In this document: positions 39,365 through 48,975 of the stretch, piece by piece | Position numbering within the stretch: position 1 is the first letter of the stretch | How the letters are laid out: every line of letters begins with the position of its first letter | DNA from: Candidatus Moraniibacteriota bacterium | Lineage (GTDB): Bacteria; Patescibacteriota; Minisyncoccia; Moranbacterales; UBA1568 | DNA: 64,000 nucleotides | NCBI GenBank assembly: GCA_037441965.1 | Contig: JBBIRD010000003.1 | Location: 6,741 to 70,740, forward strand | Reading direction: 5' to 3' | The notes under the pieces: generated by a model | Database searches by the model: none | What the model saw: only the letters and a program-made list of their open reading frames with translations | What the model was told of the DNA's origin: nothing | Translations under genes and position numbers: made by a program

Positions 39365-39982
39365 ATGGAACTCAAAGAATACATCAATCTTTTTCGAACA
39401 CATATCAGATGGTTTTGGATAACGCTTTTTCTCTTTGTTTTTGTGGCGTTCGTATGGCAGAAGAATCAATCCACTCATTTCGAAGCAACATTACTGCTCA
39501 ATATTGGTCGTACAAATATACAAAATACCGAGCAGTACACCTACGATAGTTTCTATCGGTTGCAGGCTGATGAGCGTTTTGCTGATACTGTCGTTCGTTG
39601 GCTTGGATCTCCACGCATCGTCGAAAATATTTATCAGGGAGTTGGACTTGATACACATAGTTTGAGCACACGAACATTGAAAGGCGTCTTTGTACCAAAA
39701 AGACTTTCTTCGCAGATGATAGAAGTGACATATGAGAATGCAAATGAAAAAAAACTGAGAGGAATCTCTCAGATGATGCTTACAGAACTCAATCAATATA
39801 CGAAAACACTCAATGAAGATAGTGGCGAAAAGAATTGGTTTATCGTTATCGGGAGTGATCCAGTGATTCGTGATGTGCGTTTTTCATTAGCGTTTGCTCT
39901 TGCTATTGGATGTGCATTGGGTGTGTTTTTTGGGTTTTGGATGACACTTGTTGGGCACTATTTTTCGAACGATAAAAAATGA
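39365..39982 (+). CDS. possible Wzz/chain-length-determinant-like membrane protein (TM at both ends)
   Basis: N-terminal TM after ~15 aa, periplasm-like middle, C-terminal TM; located between two glycosyltransferases. Confidence 0.35.
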   Translation: MELKEYINLFRTHIRWFWITLFLFVFVAFVWQKNQSTHFEATLLLNIGRTNIQNTEQYTYDSFYRLQADERFADTVVRWLGSPRIVENIYQGVGLDTHSLSTRTLKGVFVPKRLSSQMIEVTYENANEKKLRGISQMMLTELNQYTKTLNEDSGEKNWFIVIGSDPVIRDVRFSLAFALAIGCALGVFFGFWMTLVGHYFSNDKK

Positions 39983-39983
39983 T

Positions 39984-41138
39984 ATGCGAATCGGTATTGA
40001 TGTGAGATGTCTAGCAGAAGGAAAAAGGACGGGAGTAGAAGAATATGTTATCGCTCTTCTTTCTGGTCTTTTTTTGCAATCTCCAGATGATACTTATATT
40101 CTTTTTTTTAACGCCTGGAAGAAACCGTTACCTGATTTTTTTTGGGCTACGAAATATCCTAATGTAACATTGAAAGTTTTTCATATCCCTAATAAATTGC
40201 TCAATTTTTCTTTGTGGTATTTTCGTTTTCCAAAACTTGATAGACTGATTGGCGGAACGGATGTTTTTTTCTTACCAAATATCAATTTTTGCGCCGTATC
40301 AAAAAAAACGAAGTTCATTGTGACAGCACACGATCTTTCGTTCGAGATATTTCCTGAGACTTTCTCGTGGAAAAGACGGATCTGGCATTTCTTTATCCAT
40401 TTTAAGAAACTCGTATTGTCCGCTGATAATGTGATCGCTGTTTCAGAATCGACGAAGAATGATCTTATTGACTTATATGGTATTCCAAAAGAAAAAATAA
40501 CTGTTATTTATAGCGGTATCGGAGAGCAGTTTCGTATTCTTGATAGGAATGATGAAAATCTCATTCGAGTACAAAAAAAATACCATCTTCCGTATAAGTT
40601 TATTCTCTCTCTTTCGACATTCGAACCGAGAAAGAACTTGCCGGCGCTTATTTCTGCTTTTAATGCCCTGATGGATATGCATCATCCGATATTGGATAAA
40701 TATTTTTTGGTCATTGCAGGCACAAGAGGATGGAAATATAGAGAAACTTTTCAAGCTATTCGTACATCGCCACACAGAGAAAAAATTATTGTAACAGGTT
40801 TTATAGCCGATGAAGATAAATCAGCATTGTACAATCTCTCAAGTATATTTGTGTATCCTTCACTCTATGAGGGTTTTGGTTTTCCTCCGCTCGAAGCGAT
40901 GGCTTGTGGTGTGCCTGTTATTGTTTCGCATTCTGCATCATTACCAGAGATAGTAGGAGATGCTGGCATTCTTATCGATCCATATAGACCAGATGAGATT
41001 TTGGAAACTTTGAAACAAGTATTAACCGATAGAGAATTGCAAGAAGTTATGAGAAAGAGCGGGCTTTCACGCACCTTGGGTTTTGTATGGAATGAAACTA
41101 TCAGACGGACATCGGAGTTTTTTCATATAAAAAAATGA
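39984..41138 (+). CDS. glycosyltransferase family 1
   Basis: C-terminal [19 protein letters not shown] motif. Confidence 0.8.
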   Translation: MRIGIDVRCLAEGKRTGVEEYVIALLSGLFLQSPDDTYILFFNAWKKPLPDFFWATKYPNVTLKVFHIPNKLLNFSLWYFRFPKLDRLIGGTDVFFLPNINFCAVSKKTKFIVTAHDLSFEIFPETFSWKRRIWHFFIHFKKLVLSADNVIAVSESTKNDLIDLYGIPKEKITVIYSGIGEQFRILDRNDENLIRVQKKYHLPYKFILSLSTFEPRKNLPALISAFNALMDMHHPILDKYFLVIAGTRGWKYRETFQAIRTSPHREKIIVTGFIADEDKSALYNLSSIFVYPSLYEGFGFPPLEAMACGVPVIVSHSASLPEIVGDAGILIDPYRPDEILETLKQVLTDRELQEVMRKSGLSRTLGFVWNETIRRTSEFFHIKK

Positions 41139-41163
41139 TGTTGTAGACAATGTATTTCTGAAA

Positions 41164-41194
41164 AAGAAGAGTCTTGACATCTTCTTTTTTTTTT
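41164..41194 (+). terminator. rho-independent terminator after glycosyltransferase cluster
   Basis: Stem AAGAAGA/TCTTCTT with 9-nt loop followed by T10. Confidence 0.5.
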
Positions 41195-41329
41195 ATTTCA
41201 CGGTATGTTATACTAATACTAAAGTACGAATAATAAAAAATATGTAAGAAAATACTTTTTTGTTCGTCTTAAAAAATGAAGGCTGAAAACCTTTATAAAA
41301 AACATATAAATAATTAATGTAAAAAATGT

Positions 41330-42718
41330 ATGAAGAACGAGCAAGCAAAAAAGAAAGTTGGAAAAGCGACAGCTTTGGCTATTGCTATTCTTTCTTTAGG
41401 TGCTTTCACTGGAATGGCATCGATAGTTGCAAAGAATCAATCACTTATCACGCCAGTTACATTGGCTGATGATAATGAAGATAAGAGTAACGATAGTGAA
41501 GACAAGAATAAAGACGAACAGAAATCAGAAGAAAACAAACAAGAGAAGACGAAAGAATCTTCGAAGAAGCAATACGAACAAGATCGTGAAAAAAATAAGC
41601 AGGTATCTGAAAAAAATCGCGAACAAGAGAAGAAAAACTTAGAACAAAATCGTGAACAAAACAAACAAGAAGAGGACAATAAAGATGGAGAAGAGATGGA
41701 CGCTGACGGTGATTATGATGGCGATGAATCTGCTGATACAGATACCGATGGTGATCGCGTAGGTGATACCAAAGGTATGTACAAAGATTCAGGGAAAACT
41801 CTCACAAAACTTCAGGAGAATATCTCTGAAGCAGAAAAGAAGATTCTCGAGAAGCAAGCCGAAGGGGTAGATGTTGCTGATGCTCTGAAGAATCTTGCTG
41901 TAGCAAAAGCGCAATTTTCTCAGGTAAGTGTTTTGTTTGACCAAAATGATTATGAAACAGCAAAACAATTAGCAAAGAATATCAAGAAAGAAAATATTTT
42001 TAATGAAAAAGATCTCGAATTTCAAAAAGATGTAGCAGAATCTGTGCGTGAAGTAACGAAAAAAATTGCCAAAGTGAATGAAAAGATCGCAATACTTGAA
42101 TCGCTTGGTGGAGACACTACTGCTTTTAAAACACAAATAGTTGGCTTACAAGCAGATCTAACTGTACTTCAGTCATCGACGGATATGACGAGAGAGGCTT
42201 TTAAAGTCATTGAAAAAAAAGCTAAAAAATTGAAGAATCTCGTTGAACAATCCATTTTTGCTCTCGGTGGATCTGATGAAGATGATGATCTGTATGCTGA
42301 TCACGAAGAAGATACGAATGATCTCGAAGAAGATCTGAAGGATGTTGCGGAAATTGAAGACGGTGATGAAAATGGCGTTTCAGAAAAAGTGCGATCTATT
42401 GCGAAAGAACATCGATCTTCTGTTGCTACTGTAGCTAACAGTTTGGGTGATATTAAGAATCAGAGTAGTTTTACTAAAACTGTCTTTGGTCCAGACTTCA
42501 ATGCTCTTGATAAACTTACTTCGGAATCTGACGCTATGGTGACGCGTGCTGATAATCTTATCACTGTTTCGACACAGGTTACTGATCCTGATGTAAAACA
42601 AGTGCTTATTGATCGCGCAGCAGCTCTCCGCAGTGAAGCATCTAAACTTTCCGCTTATATATCTGCAGAGAACAGCCAATTCAGTATTTTTGGAAAACTT
42701 CTCTCGTTCTTTCGTTAA
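41330..42718 (+). CDS. secreted/membrane-anchored coiled-coil protein with highly charged low-complexity region
   Basis: N-terminal signal/TM (ALAIAILSLGAFTG), KE/NREQ-rich repeats, acidic DGDYDGDE segment, long helical C-terminal half. Confidence 0.5.
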   Translation: MKNEQAKKKVGKATALAIAILSLGAFTGMASIVAKNQSLITPVTLADDNEDKSNDSEDKNKDEQKSEENKQEKTKESSKKQYEQDREKNKQVSEKNREQEKKNLEQNREQNKQEEDNKDGEEMDADGDYDGDESADTDTDGDRVGDTKGMYKDSGKTLTKLQENISEAEKKILEKQAEGVDVADALKNLAVAKAQFSQVSVLFDQNDYETAKQLAKNIKKENIFNEKDLEFQKDVAESVREVTKKIAKVNEKIAILESLGGDTTAFKTQIVGLQADLTVLQSSTDMTREAFKVIEKKAKKLKNLVEQSIFALGGSDEDDDLYADHEEDTNDLEEDLKDVAEIEDGDENGVSEKVRSIAKEHRSSVATVANSLGDIKNQSSFTKTVFGPDFNALDKLTSESDAMVTRADNLITVSTQVTDPDVKQVLIDRAAALRSEASKLSAYISAENSQFSIFGKLLSFFR

Positions 42719-42831
42719 CAAGCAATCTTTATAGAAAAGAATAACTCCTATTTCTCAGAGAAGTAGGGGTTTTTCTTTTTTTATGATATGATTTGTTTAG
42801 AAAAGGTATAATATCAATTTATAATTTTTGT

Positions 42832-43368
42832 ATGGATAAAAAATCAAAAATATTTTTCATTGTTTTTTTTCTTTTGATTGCTGGATCTGTGGGTGTAGCG
42901 TATTATCGTTTTATGGTACAGCATGATTATATAGTTCAAGCAGAAGCGGATTGTGATCCGTATACTGAAGCGTGTTTTGTATATGTTTGTGATCCAGAGG
43001 TAGATGGTGAATGTACTGGTGATCCGATAGAAGACACATCATACTACAAACTCATCGATCGCAATGCAAAGAATATTCCCAATTGTGATCCTGCTGATGA
43101 AACCTGTACCGCTCTTGTATGTGGAGAAGGTGAGGTAGACTGTACTTATACCTTGTGTGATTCGGATGCGCTTGAGGAGGGACAGGTATGCAATGATCCG
43201 GTAGTGTATACAGCCGAAAATCCACTTGAAGAAGAAACGGAAGCAGAAGCAGATGGCACAGAGACAGAAGCGGACGAAGGAATGACGACAGAAGAAGACA
43301 TTACCTCAGAAGAAGATATGACAGTAGATGAAGGATCTGCATCTGAAACATCTGATTACGAAAGGTGA
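42832..43368 (+). CDS. small secreted Cys-rich protein with internal CDP...C...C repeat and polyacidic tail
   Basis: N-terminal TM/signal, two copies of Cys pattern (CDPYTEACFVYVCDPEVDGEC / CDPADETCTALVCGEGEVDC), Glu/Asp/Thr-rich C-terminus. Confidence 0.5.
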   Translation: MDKKSKIFFIVFFLLIAGSVGVAYYRFMVQHDYIVQAEADCDPYTEACFVYVCDPEVDGECTGDPIEDTSYYKLIDRNAKNIPNCDPADETCTALVCGEGEVDCTYTLCDSDALEEGQVCNDPVVYTAENPLEEETEAEADGTETEADEGMTTEEDITSEEDMTVDEGSASETSDYER

Positions 43369-43841
43369 AGTGTGTGTAAAGTTCATCTCTCTTCCAGTTT
43401 ATAAAGGAAAGGTGTATGTAGATGCCAAATCGACAGCTTTGTCATCTCTCTTTGAAACAAAAGGTATTTTCACTGCTTTACCTGATGAAGCGATGTTGCG
43501 ATGAGCGATGATCGAGAATTTGCCGTCTTTCCCATCTTTCCTTGAATATGTTACTCAGAAATTGCCTACAATGAATATGTCTACACTGATCATTGATCCA
43601 GAATTTCAGAGTCTTATGAAAAAGTGTGTTGATGAAACATTGGCACAGATTGCTCTGTAGTGTTTTGATGGGGACGAGTCTATCTTTCTATATCGAGAGT
43701 ATTTTTTCCGGCAGATATCATTATTTTTTTGCAAAACAATCTGATTTATGGTAGAATATAAGAGTAATAGACTTTTTTATATGGTTTTTCTTGCAAAAGG
43801 AAAGATTTTTTTGTTTAATTATTTTTTAAAAGTTTTCGAGT

Positions 43842-45263
43842 ATGGAAGATTTCAGAAAGGATGTACGTTTTGATAATAAGCTCATTATTATTGGTGGAGG
43901 CTTTATTGGTCAGGGAGTGTTACCGCTTATTTTCAAGCATATTGATATTAAACCAGAACAAATTTCCATTATCACAGCTGATGAACGAGGCAAAGAAACA
44001 GCAGAATATTATAACATTTCTTTTACCATCAATCCTCTTTCGAAGATAAACTATAAAGAAGTATTGGATCCAGTTTTGAGTCGTGGTGATTTCTTGCTCA
44101 ATCTTTCCTCTGATATCTCGAGTCGTATTATTGTGGATTACTGTGCTGAAAGGGGTATTCTCTATCTTGATACTTGTATTGATTCTTGGCTTGGTGAAAG
44201 TACTGATTCGACACTGTCTGTTTCTGATCGATCACTCTATAAACTGCGTGAAGAGATGATTGATCTCAAAGCAAAATATGGAGAACAGGGTACAACAGCC
44301 GTCCTTGCTCATGGTGCTAATCCTGGTATCGTATCACATTTAGTGAAACAGGCACTGCTTAATATCGCCAAAGATACAGGGAAAGATGTGCACATTCCTC
44401 AAACGAGAGAGGAGTGGGCAAGACTTGCTCAGGAACTCGATATCAAGACAATTCATATTGCAGAACGAGATACGCAGATCCCTACTGAAAGAAAGAGAAA
44501 GGGAGAGTTTGTGAACACTTGGTCTATTGATGGATTTGTTGGAGAAGGTATTCAACCAGCGGAACTTGGTTGGGGGAGTCATGAAAAATCTTTGCCTGCT
44601 GATGCTATGAGGCACACTTTTGGAGATCAATCCGCTATCTATCTCAATCGCCCAGGAGCGTCTGTGCGTGTCCGTACATGGCTTCCTCTTGCAGGGCCAC
44701 AGATCGGATATCTTATTACACATAATGAAGCTATTTCTCTTGCCAGTTATTTCAGTATTGGTTCTGGAGAGAATCCAGAATATCGTCCAACAGTACATTA
44801 TGCCTATCACCCTTGTGATGATGCCGTACTTTCGATGACAGAACTTGAAGAACGCAATTGGAAAATACAAGAGCACCAGCGTTCCATCACTGACGAGATT
44901 GTTTCAGGGATTGATGAGCTTGGTGTTCTGCTTATCGGCAATGAAAAAGGTGTGTATTGGTATGGTTCACGATTAGATATTCATACAGCAAGGAACCTTG
45001 CCCCCTATAATTCTGCGACATCGATTCAGGTAGCAGCAGGAGTGGTAGCTGGTATGATATGGGCGATGCGTCATCCGGAAAGCGGAATCGTTGAAGCAGA
45101 AGAAATGAATTTTGATGAAGTGCTTGCCATCGCTGGACCATATTGGGGAGAGCTTGTCGGTGAATACAGCGATTGGAAACCAACAACAGAACGCAATAGT
45201 CTATATCCTGAGGATATTGATATTGAAGATCCGTGGCAATTCAAAAACTTCCGTGTTCTGTAA
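43842..45263 (+). CDS. saccharopine dehydrogenase-family NAD(P) enzyme, homospermidine synthase-like
   Basis: N-terminal Rossmann IIGGGFIGQGV; length (473 aa) and overall pattern resemble bacterial homospermidine synthase. Confidence 0.65.
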   Translation: MEDFRKDVRFDNKLIIIGGGFIGQGVLPLIFKHIDIKPEQISIITADERGKETAEYYNISFTINPLSKINYKEVLDPVLSRGDFLLNLSSDISSRIIVDYCAERGILYLDTCIDSWLGESTDSTLSVSDRSLYKLREEMIDLKAKYGEQGTTAVLAHGANPGIVSHLVKQALLNIAKDTGKDVHIPQTREEWARLAQELDIKTIHIAERDTQIPTERKRKGEFVNTWSIDGFVGEGIQPAELGWGSHEKSLPADAMRHTFGDQSAIYLNRPGASVRVRTWLPLAGPQIGYLITHNEAISLASYFSIGSGENPEYRPTVHYAYHPCDDAVLSMTELEERNWKIQEHQRSITDEIVSGIDELGVLLIGNEKGVYWYGSRLDIHTARNLAPYNSATSIQVAAGVVAGMIWAMRHPESGIVEAEEMNFDEVLAIAGPYWGELVGEYSDWKPTTERNSLYPEDIDIEDPWQFKNFRVL

Positions 45264-45294
45264 ATAGAGTGCTTATACTTCAAAAAATGAGATA

Positions 45295-45323
45295 TTGACA
45301 TATATCCTTTTTTGGTGTATAAT
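45295..45323 (+). promoter_or_regulatory. consensus sigma-70 promoter (TTGACA - 17 nt - TATAAT)
   Basis: Perfect -35 and -10 hexamers with 17-nt spacer ~70 nt upstream of the ATG at 45395 (RBS AGAGGAGG). Confidence 0.6.
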
Positions 45324-45394
45324 ATATTTTTGATAGTCAAATGGGTTGACTATTGAAGATTTGTGTTCTTTTGAAAAGAAAGAGGAGGCTAGAA

Positions 45395-45991
45395 ATGAGT
45401 GTTTTTGGCGATACTATAATCACTTTTTCTTTGGTTATTGGGATACTAGCGGGTGCGGTGACATTTCTTTCGCATCCTCTGTACATCGCCTCTATTATAA
45501 GAGGTGAAACCAAACCTCATGTCTTGACATGGGTACCATCTGCGATCATCGCAGGCATCACACTCTTTCTGTATGATAAAGCAGGAGGAGAGGATACAAT
45601 TTTTGCCCCACTTGGCGATTTTGTGGGACTTTCTCTGATTGCTATTTTTTCCCTATGGCACGGAAAAAAAGACGTGTTTATCGATGTGATAGATTGGTTC
45701 TGTACATTGATTGCGATGATTGGTCTTATAATCTATGTGATTTTTGATAATCAATTCATTGCTTTTGGATCATCAATGATTGCTGAAATCTTTGCTCTGA
45801 TTCCGACAATGAGAAAAACTTTGCACTATCCAGATCAAGAAGATTTTTTAGCGTGGACATTGACATTCGTTGGAAATGCTATAAATTTTCTGGCTATGAA
45901 TAATGCAGTGGAAGTTGCGTATGTTACGACAATTTTCATCATAGACGGAGTGATTTGGGCACTTATTCTCCGTGGCCGAATGAAAAGATAG
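45395..45991 (+). CDS. hypothetical polytopic membrane protein
   Basis: ~6 TM helices; start chosen at ATG with strong RBS AGAGGAGG. Confidence 0.5.
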   Translation: MSVFGDTIITFSLVIGILAGAVTFLSHPLYIASIIRGETKPHVLTWVPSAIIAGITLFLYDKAGGEDTIFAPLGDFVGLSLIAIFSLWHGKKDVFIDVIDWFCTLIAMIGLIIYVIFDNQFIAFGSSMIAEIFALIPTMRKTLHYPDQEDFLAWTLTFVGNAINFLAMNNAVEVAYVTTIFIIDGVIWALILRGRMKR

Positions 45992-45997
45992 TTCTAT

Positions 45998-46040
45998 AAG
46001 GGACGATACATATTATGTTATCGTCCCTTTATATTTTTTA
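45998..46040 (+). terminator. rho-independent terminator
   Basis: 11-bp inverted repeat AAGGGACGATA/TATCGTCCCTT, 10-nt loop, T-rich tail. Confidence 0.6.
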
Positions 46041-46096
46041 CTTAAAATATAATTTATAGTATAATATAAATTATAAAATGTATTTTTTATTTTTTT

Positions 46097-46582
46097 ATGT
46101 TAGCTGATCTTTATTGTTTGCGTAAATCCGGAATTGCCGGTGAAGGTATTTTTGCTACACAGGATATTCAAAAAGGGAAAATTGTCGTTATTATGAAAGG
46201 AAAACTGTATCGAGAGGTACAACGTACGAAGACTGAAGCAATGACGAATCCTAATATGGTTGGAATTGGAAAAGATCTTTGGATGGATCCAGTTTTTCCT
46301 ATTGTAAAAATGAATCATTCTTGTAATCCAAATCTTGGTATGCGCGGGAAGGTGCTTTTTGTTGCGATGAGGAATATCAAGAAAGGGGAAGAATTGACTT
46401 TTGATTATTCTATTTCTGAAGAAAGTCCCTGGGAGATAAAATGTTGTTGCAGTGCCCCTCAATGTAGGAAAATCATACGCAGTATTCATTATTTACCATT
46501 GAAAACATTCAACAAATATTTACCGTTTATCCCAAAATATTTTCAAAAAGTTTATAGAAAGAATATTGCATTAGGAAAATAA
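46097..46582 (+). CDS. SET-domain protein (putative protein-lysine methyltransferase), copy 1
   Basis: G.G.FA N-SET pattern, NHSCNPN, ELTFDY, and post-SET Cys cluster CCCSAPQCRK. Confidence 0.8.
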   Translation: MLADLYCLRKSGIAGEGIFATQDIQKGKIVVIMKGKLYREVQRTKTEAMTNPNMVGIGKDLWMDPVFPIVKMNHSCNPNLGMRGKVLFVAMRNIKKGEELTFDYSISEESPWEIKCCCSAPQCRKIIRSIHYLPLKTFNKYLPFIPKYFQKVYRKNIALGK

Positions 46583-46615
46583 GAGTTGTTTATAAAATGT
46601 ATTAATGATATTGTT

Positions 46616-47101
46616 ATGTCTAAGATATATATCGGAAAGTCTTTAGTGAGTGGAAGAGGTTTATTTGCTTCAGTTGATATTTTAAAAGGATCTGTGGTTT
46701 TTATAATGAAGGGGAAAATCGTATTTCATCTTCCTAAATCGAAAAAAGAAGCATTGTCACATCCTGATATGGTTGGACTTACTAGAACACTCTATATCGA
46801 CCCTATTCCTCCTTATAAGTATATAAATCACTCTTGTAATCCAAATGTTGGCATTAAAGGTAGAGTAACATTCGTCGCGATGAGAAATATAAAAAAAGGA
46901 GAAGAATTGACTTTTGATTATTCTACTACTGAAAATAGCGAATGGGAGATGAATTGTCATTGTGGGTACTCTAAATGTAGAAAAGTTATTCGGGGGGTTA
47001 AATCTATTCCAGAAGATTCTTTCCAGTCCTATTTACCTTATGTTTCAAGATATTTTAGAGAAATTTATATTCGATATCAACATCAAAAAAATAACCAATA
47101 A
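46616..47101 (+). CDS. SET-domain protein (putative protein-lysine methyltransferase), copy 2 (tandem paralog)
   Basis: Same motifs: GRGLFA, NHSCNPN, ELTFDY, post-SET CHCGYSKCRK; roughly half identical to copy 1 by eye. Confidence 0.8.
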   Translation: MSKIYIGKSLVSGRGLFASVDILKGSVVFIMKGKIVFHLPKSKKEALSHPDMVGLTRTLYIDPIPPYKYINHSCNPNVGIKGRVTFVAMRNIKKGEELTFDYSTTENSEWEMNCHCGYSKCRKVIRGVKSIPEDSFQSYLPYVSRYFREIYIRYQHQKNNQ

Positions 47102-47104
47102 TTT

Positions 47105-48814
47105 ATGTTAATTAATTCTTGTGGATGGGATATTGCAAAATATTTTATATTTTCAGAAAATGTTTTTGACCCGCTCATATATTATTCTCATCTTACTCCA
47201 TTCTTTTTTGCTCTTTTTACTGGTATTTTTTTATTTTTTGGAAATAGAGAAAAACTATTGAATAAGATTTTTATTTTTCTGACTATTTCATTATGTATTT
47301 GGATTATTTTTGATTTAATTCTCTGGGCTACAGAAAAGACAGAATATACAATGTTTTTTTGGTCATTGCTCGTATTTCCTGAATTGCTTATATATGCTTC
47401 CGCATACTACTTTATGTATGTTTTCGTGAAGAAATATGATCTGCCATTTGTACAGAAGATGGTATTGAGTTTGTTTTTTGTTCCTCTTATTTTTCTTTCT
47501 TCAACACAATACAATTTACAATATTTTGATTTGACGAACTGTGATCGTGAAGCGATTGAAGGTTCACTATGGTATTATACGTATATCGCAGAAGCAATAT
47601 TTACTTTCTTGATTCTCATTTTATCAATTAGAGTATTTTTAAATAAAAAAGAAGAAAGAAGAAAGATATTTTACATTTCTACGGGTATTCTTTTGTTCTT
47701 ATTTTCTTTTTCTTGGGGGAATATTTCCGGAAGTCTATTTAACGATTGGTCAATCGGACAATATGGTCTTTTTGGTATCCCGATTTTTATAATATTTATT
47801 GGTTATTCTATTATTAAGTTCAATGTCTTTGACATCAAACTCATCGGAGCGCAGGCTCTTGTTATGGCACAACTTGTATTGATCGGATCGATGTTATTTT
47901 TTGCGACACTTACAATAAGCCGTATTTTGATAGGAGTGACGCTCTTTGGAACAAGTATCGCAGGTTGGTTCCTTATTCGTTCAGTGAAGAAAGAGATTGC
48001 ACAGAAAGAGCAGTACGAAAAACTTTCGCATACTTTGGCGATAGCTAATGAGAAATTAAAGGAGCTTGATACTACTAAATCAGAGTTTATTTCTATCGCA
48101 TCACATCAATTACGCACACCACTTACGGCTATCAAAGGATATCTTTCACTTTTGCTTGAAGGTTCATACGGATCAGTATCATCACAAGTGTCTGATGTCT
48201 TGAATAAGTTGTATCTTGTGAATAATCGATTGGTGCATCTTGTAGAAGATTTGCTCAATGTTTCTCGCATCGAAGCTGGGCGTATCCAGTATAATTTTGA
48301 ACCGACACAGATCGAACCGATTATTGTTGATCTTGTTGAGATGTTCAAATCATCAGCTAATGATAAACATCTTACTCTTGATATTCATCTTCCAGAAAAA
48401 ACTCTTCCACTGATTGTTGTTGATCCAAATAAGATTAAAGAGGTTGTTTCAAATCTTATTGATAATTCTATCAAATATACGAAAGTGGGCGGGACAAAAG
48501 TAACGATCGAATCGACCGCTCTTGTTGTGCGTATCATTATTGCTGATACAGGTATCGGTATTCATCCTGAAGATATGAAAAATCTCTTTCAGAAATTCCT
48601 TCGAAGCAAGGAAACGACCAAGATGGTAGTTTCTGGCGCTGGATTAGGATTGTATGTTGGTAAGAGTTTTATTGATGCGCACGGCGGAAAGATCTGGGCA
48701 GAATCTGATGGTCCGGATAAGGGTTCTCGTTTCATCATTGAACTCCCGATTCACAATGATACGATAAAAATCGGCACTTCTGATCAGCCGACGAATACGG
48801 AGAAGAACTCATGA
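47105..48814 (+). CDS. sensor histidine kinase with ~8-TM N-terminal sensor domain
   Basis: HisKA H-box SIASHQLRTPLTAIKGY; HATPase_c N, G1 (DTGIGI), G2 (GAGLGL) boxes. Confidence 0.85.
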   Translation: MLINSCGWDIAKYFIFSENVFDPLIYYSHLTPFFFALFTGIFLFFGNREKLLNKIFIFLTISLCIWIIFDLILWATEKTEYTMFFWSLLVFPELLIYASAYYFMYVFVKKYDLPFVQKMVLSLFFVPLIFLSSTQYNLQYFDLTNCDREAIEGSLWYYTYIAEAIFTFLILILSIRVFLNKKEERRKIFYISTGILLFLFSFSWGNISGSLFNDWSIGQYGLFGIPIFIIFIGYSIIKFNVFDIKLIGAQALVMAQLVLIGSMLFFATLTISRILIGVTLFGTSIAGWFLIRSVKKEIAQKEQYEKLSHTLAIANEKLKELDTTKSEFISIASHQLRTPLTAIKGYLSLLLEGSYGSVSSQVSDVLNKLYLVNNRLVHLVEDLLNVSRIEAGRIQYNFEPTQIEPIIVDLVEMFKSSANDKHLTLDIHLPEKTLPLIVVDPNKIKEVVSNLIDNSIKYTKVGGTKVTIESTALVVRIIIADTGIGIHPEDMKNLFQKFLRSKETTKMVVSGAGLGLYVGKSFIDAHGGKIWAESDGPDKGSRFIIELPIHNDTIKIGTSDQPTNTEKNS

Positions 48815-48975
48815 ATATTTAACGAAGTCACATTTCAAGCTACTCCAATGATATATTCTGTCAGGAACATGATATTGTTCACTACATCATTGGATCCAGG
48901 TAGAACCGCATAGGATAGAAAAGTAGAGCGTTCTCATAGAGAGGATTAGAAGAAATTCTATGAAAAAATATTTTC

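Noticed and set aside
41480-41720. Repetitive charged stretch resembling short direct repeats
   Set aside because: It is in-frame low-complexity coding sequence (KE/NREQ-rich) within a 462-aa ORF. There is no regular repeat-spacer periodicity, so it is not a CRISPR array.
43380-43700. Possibility that TGA is a sense codon (Gracilibacteria/SR1-type code 25), prompted by the TGA-interrupted reading frame
   Set aside because: Long genes across the window (secA, lepA, pyrG, dnaX and others) are intact under the standard code and several terminate at TGA. A TGA-recoded genome would show these genes split many times.
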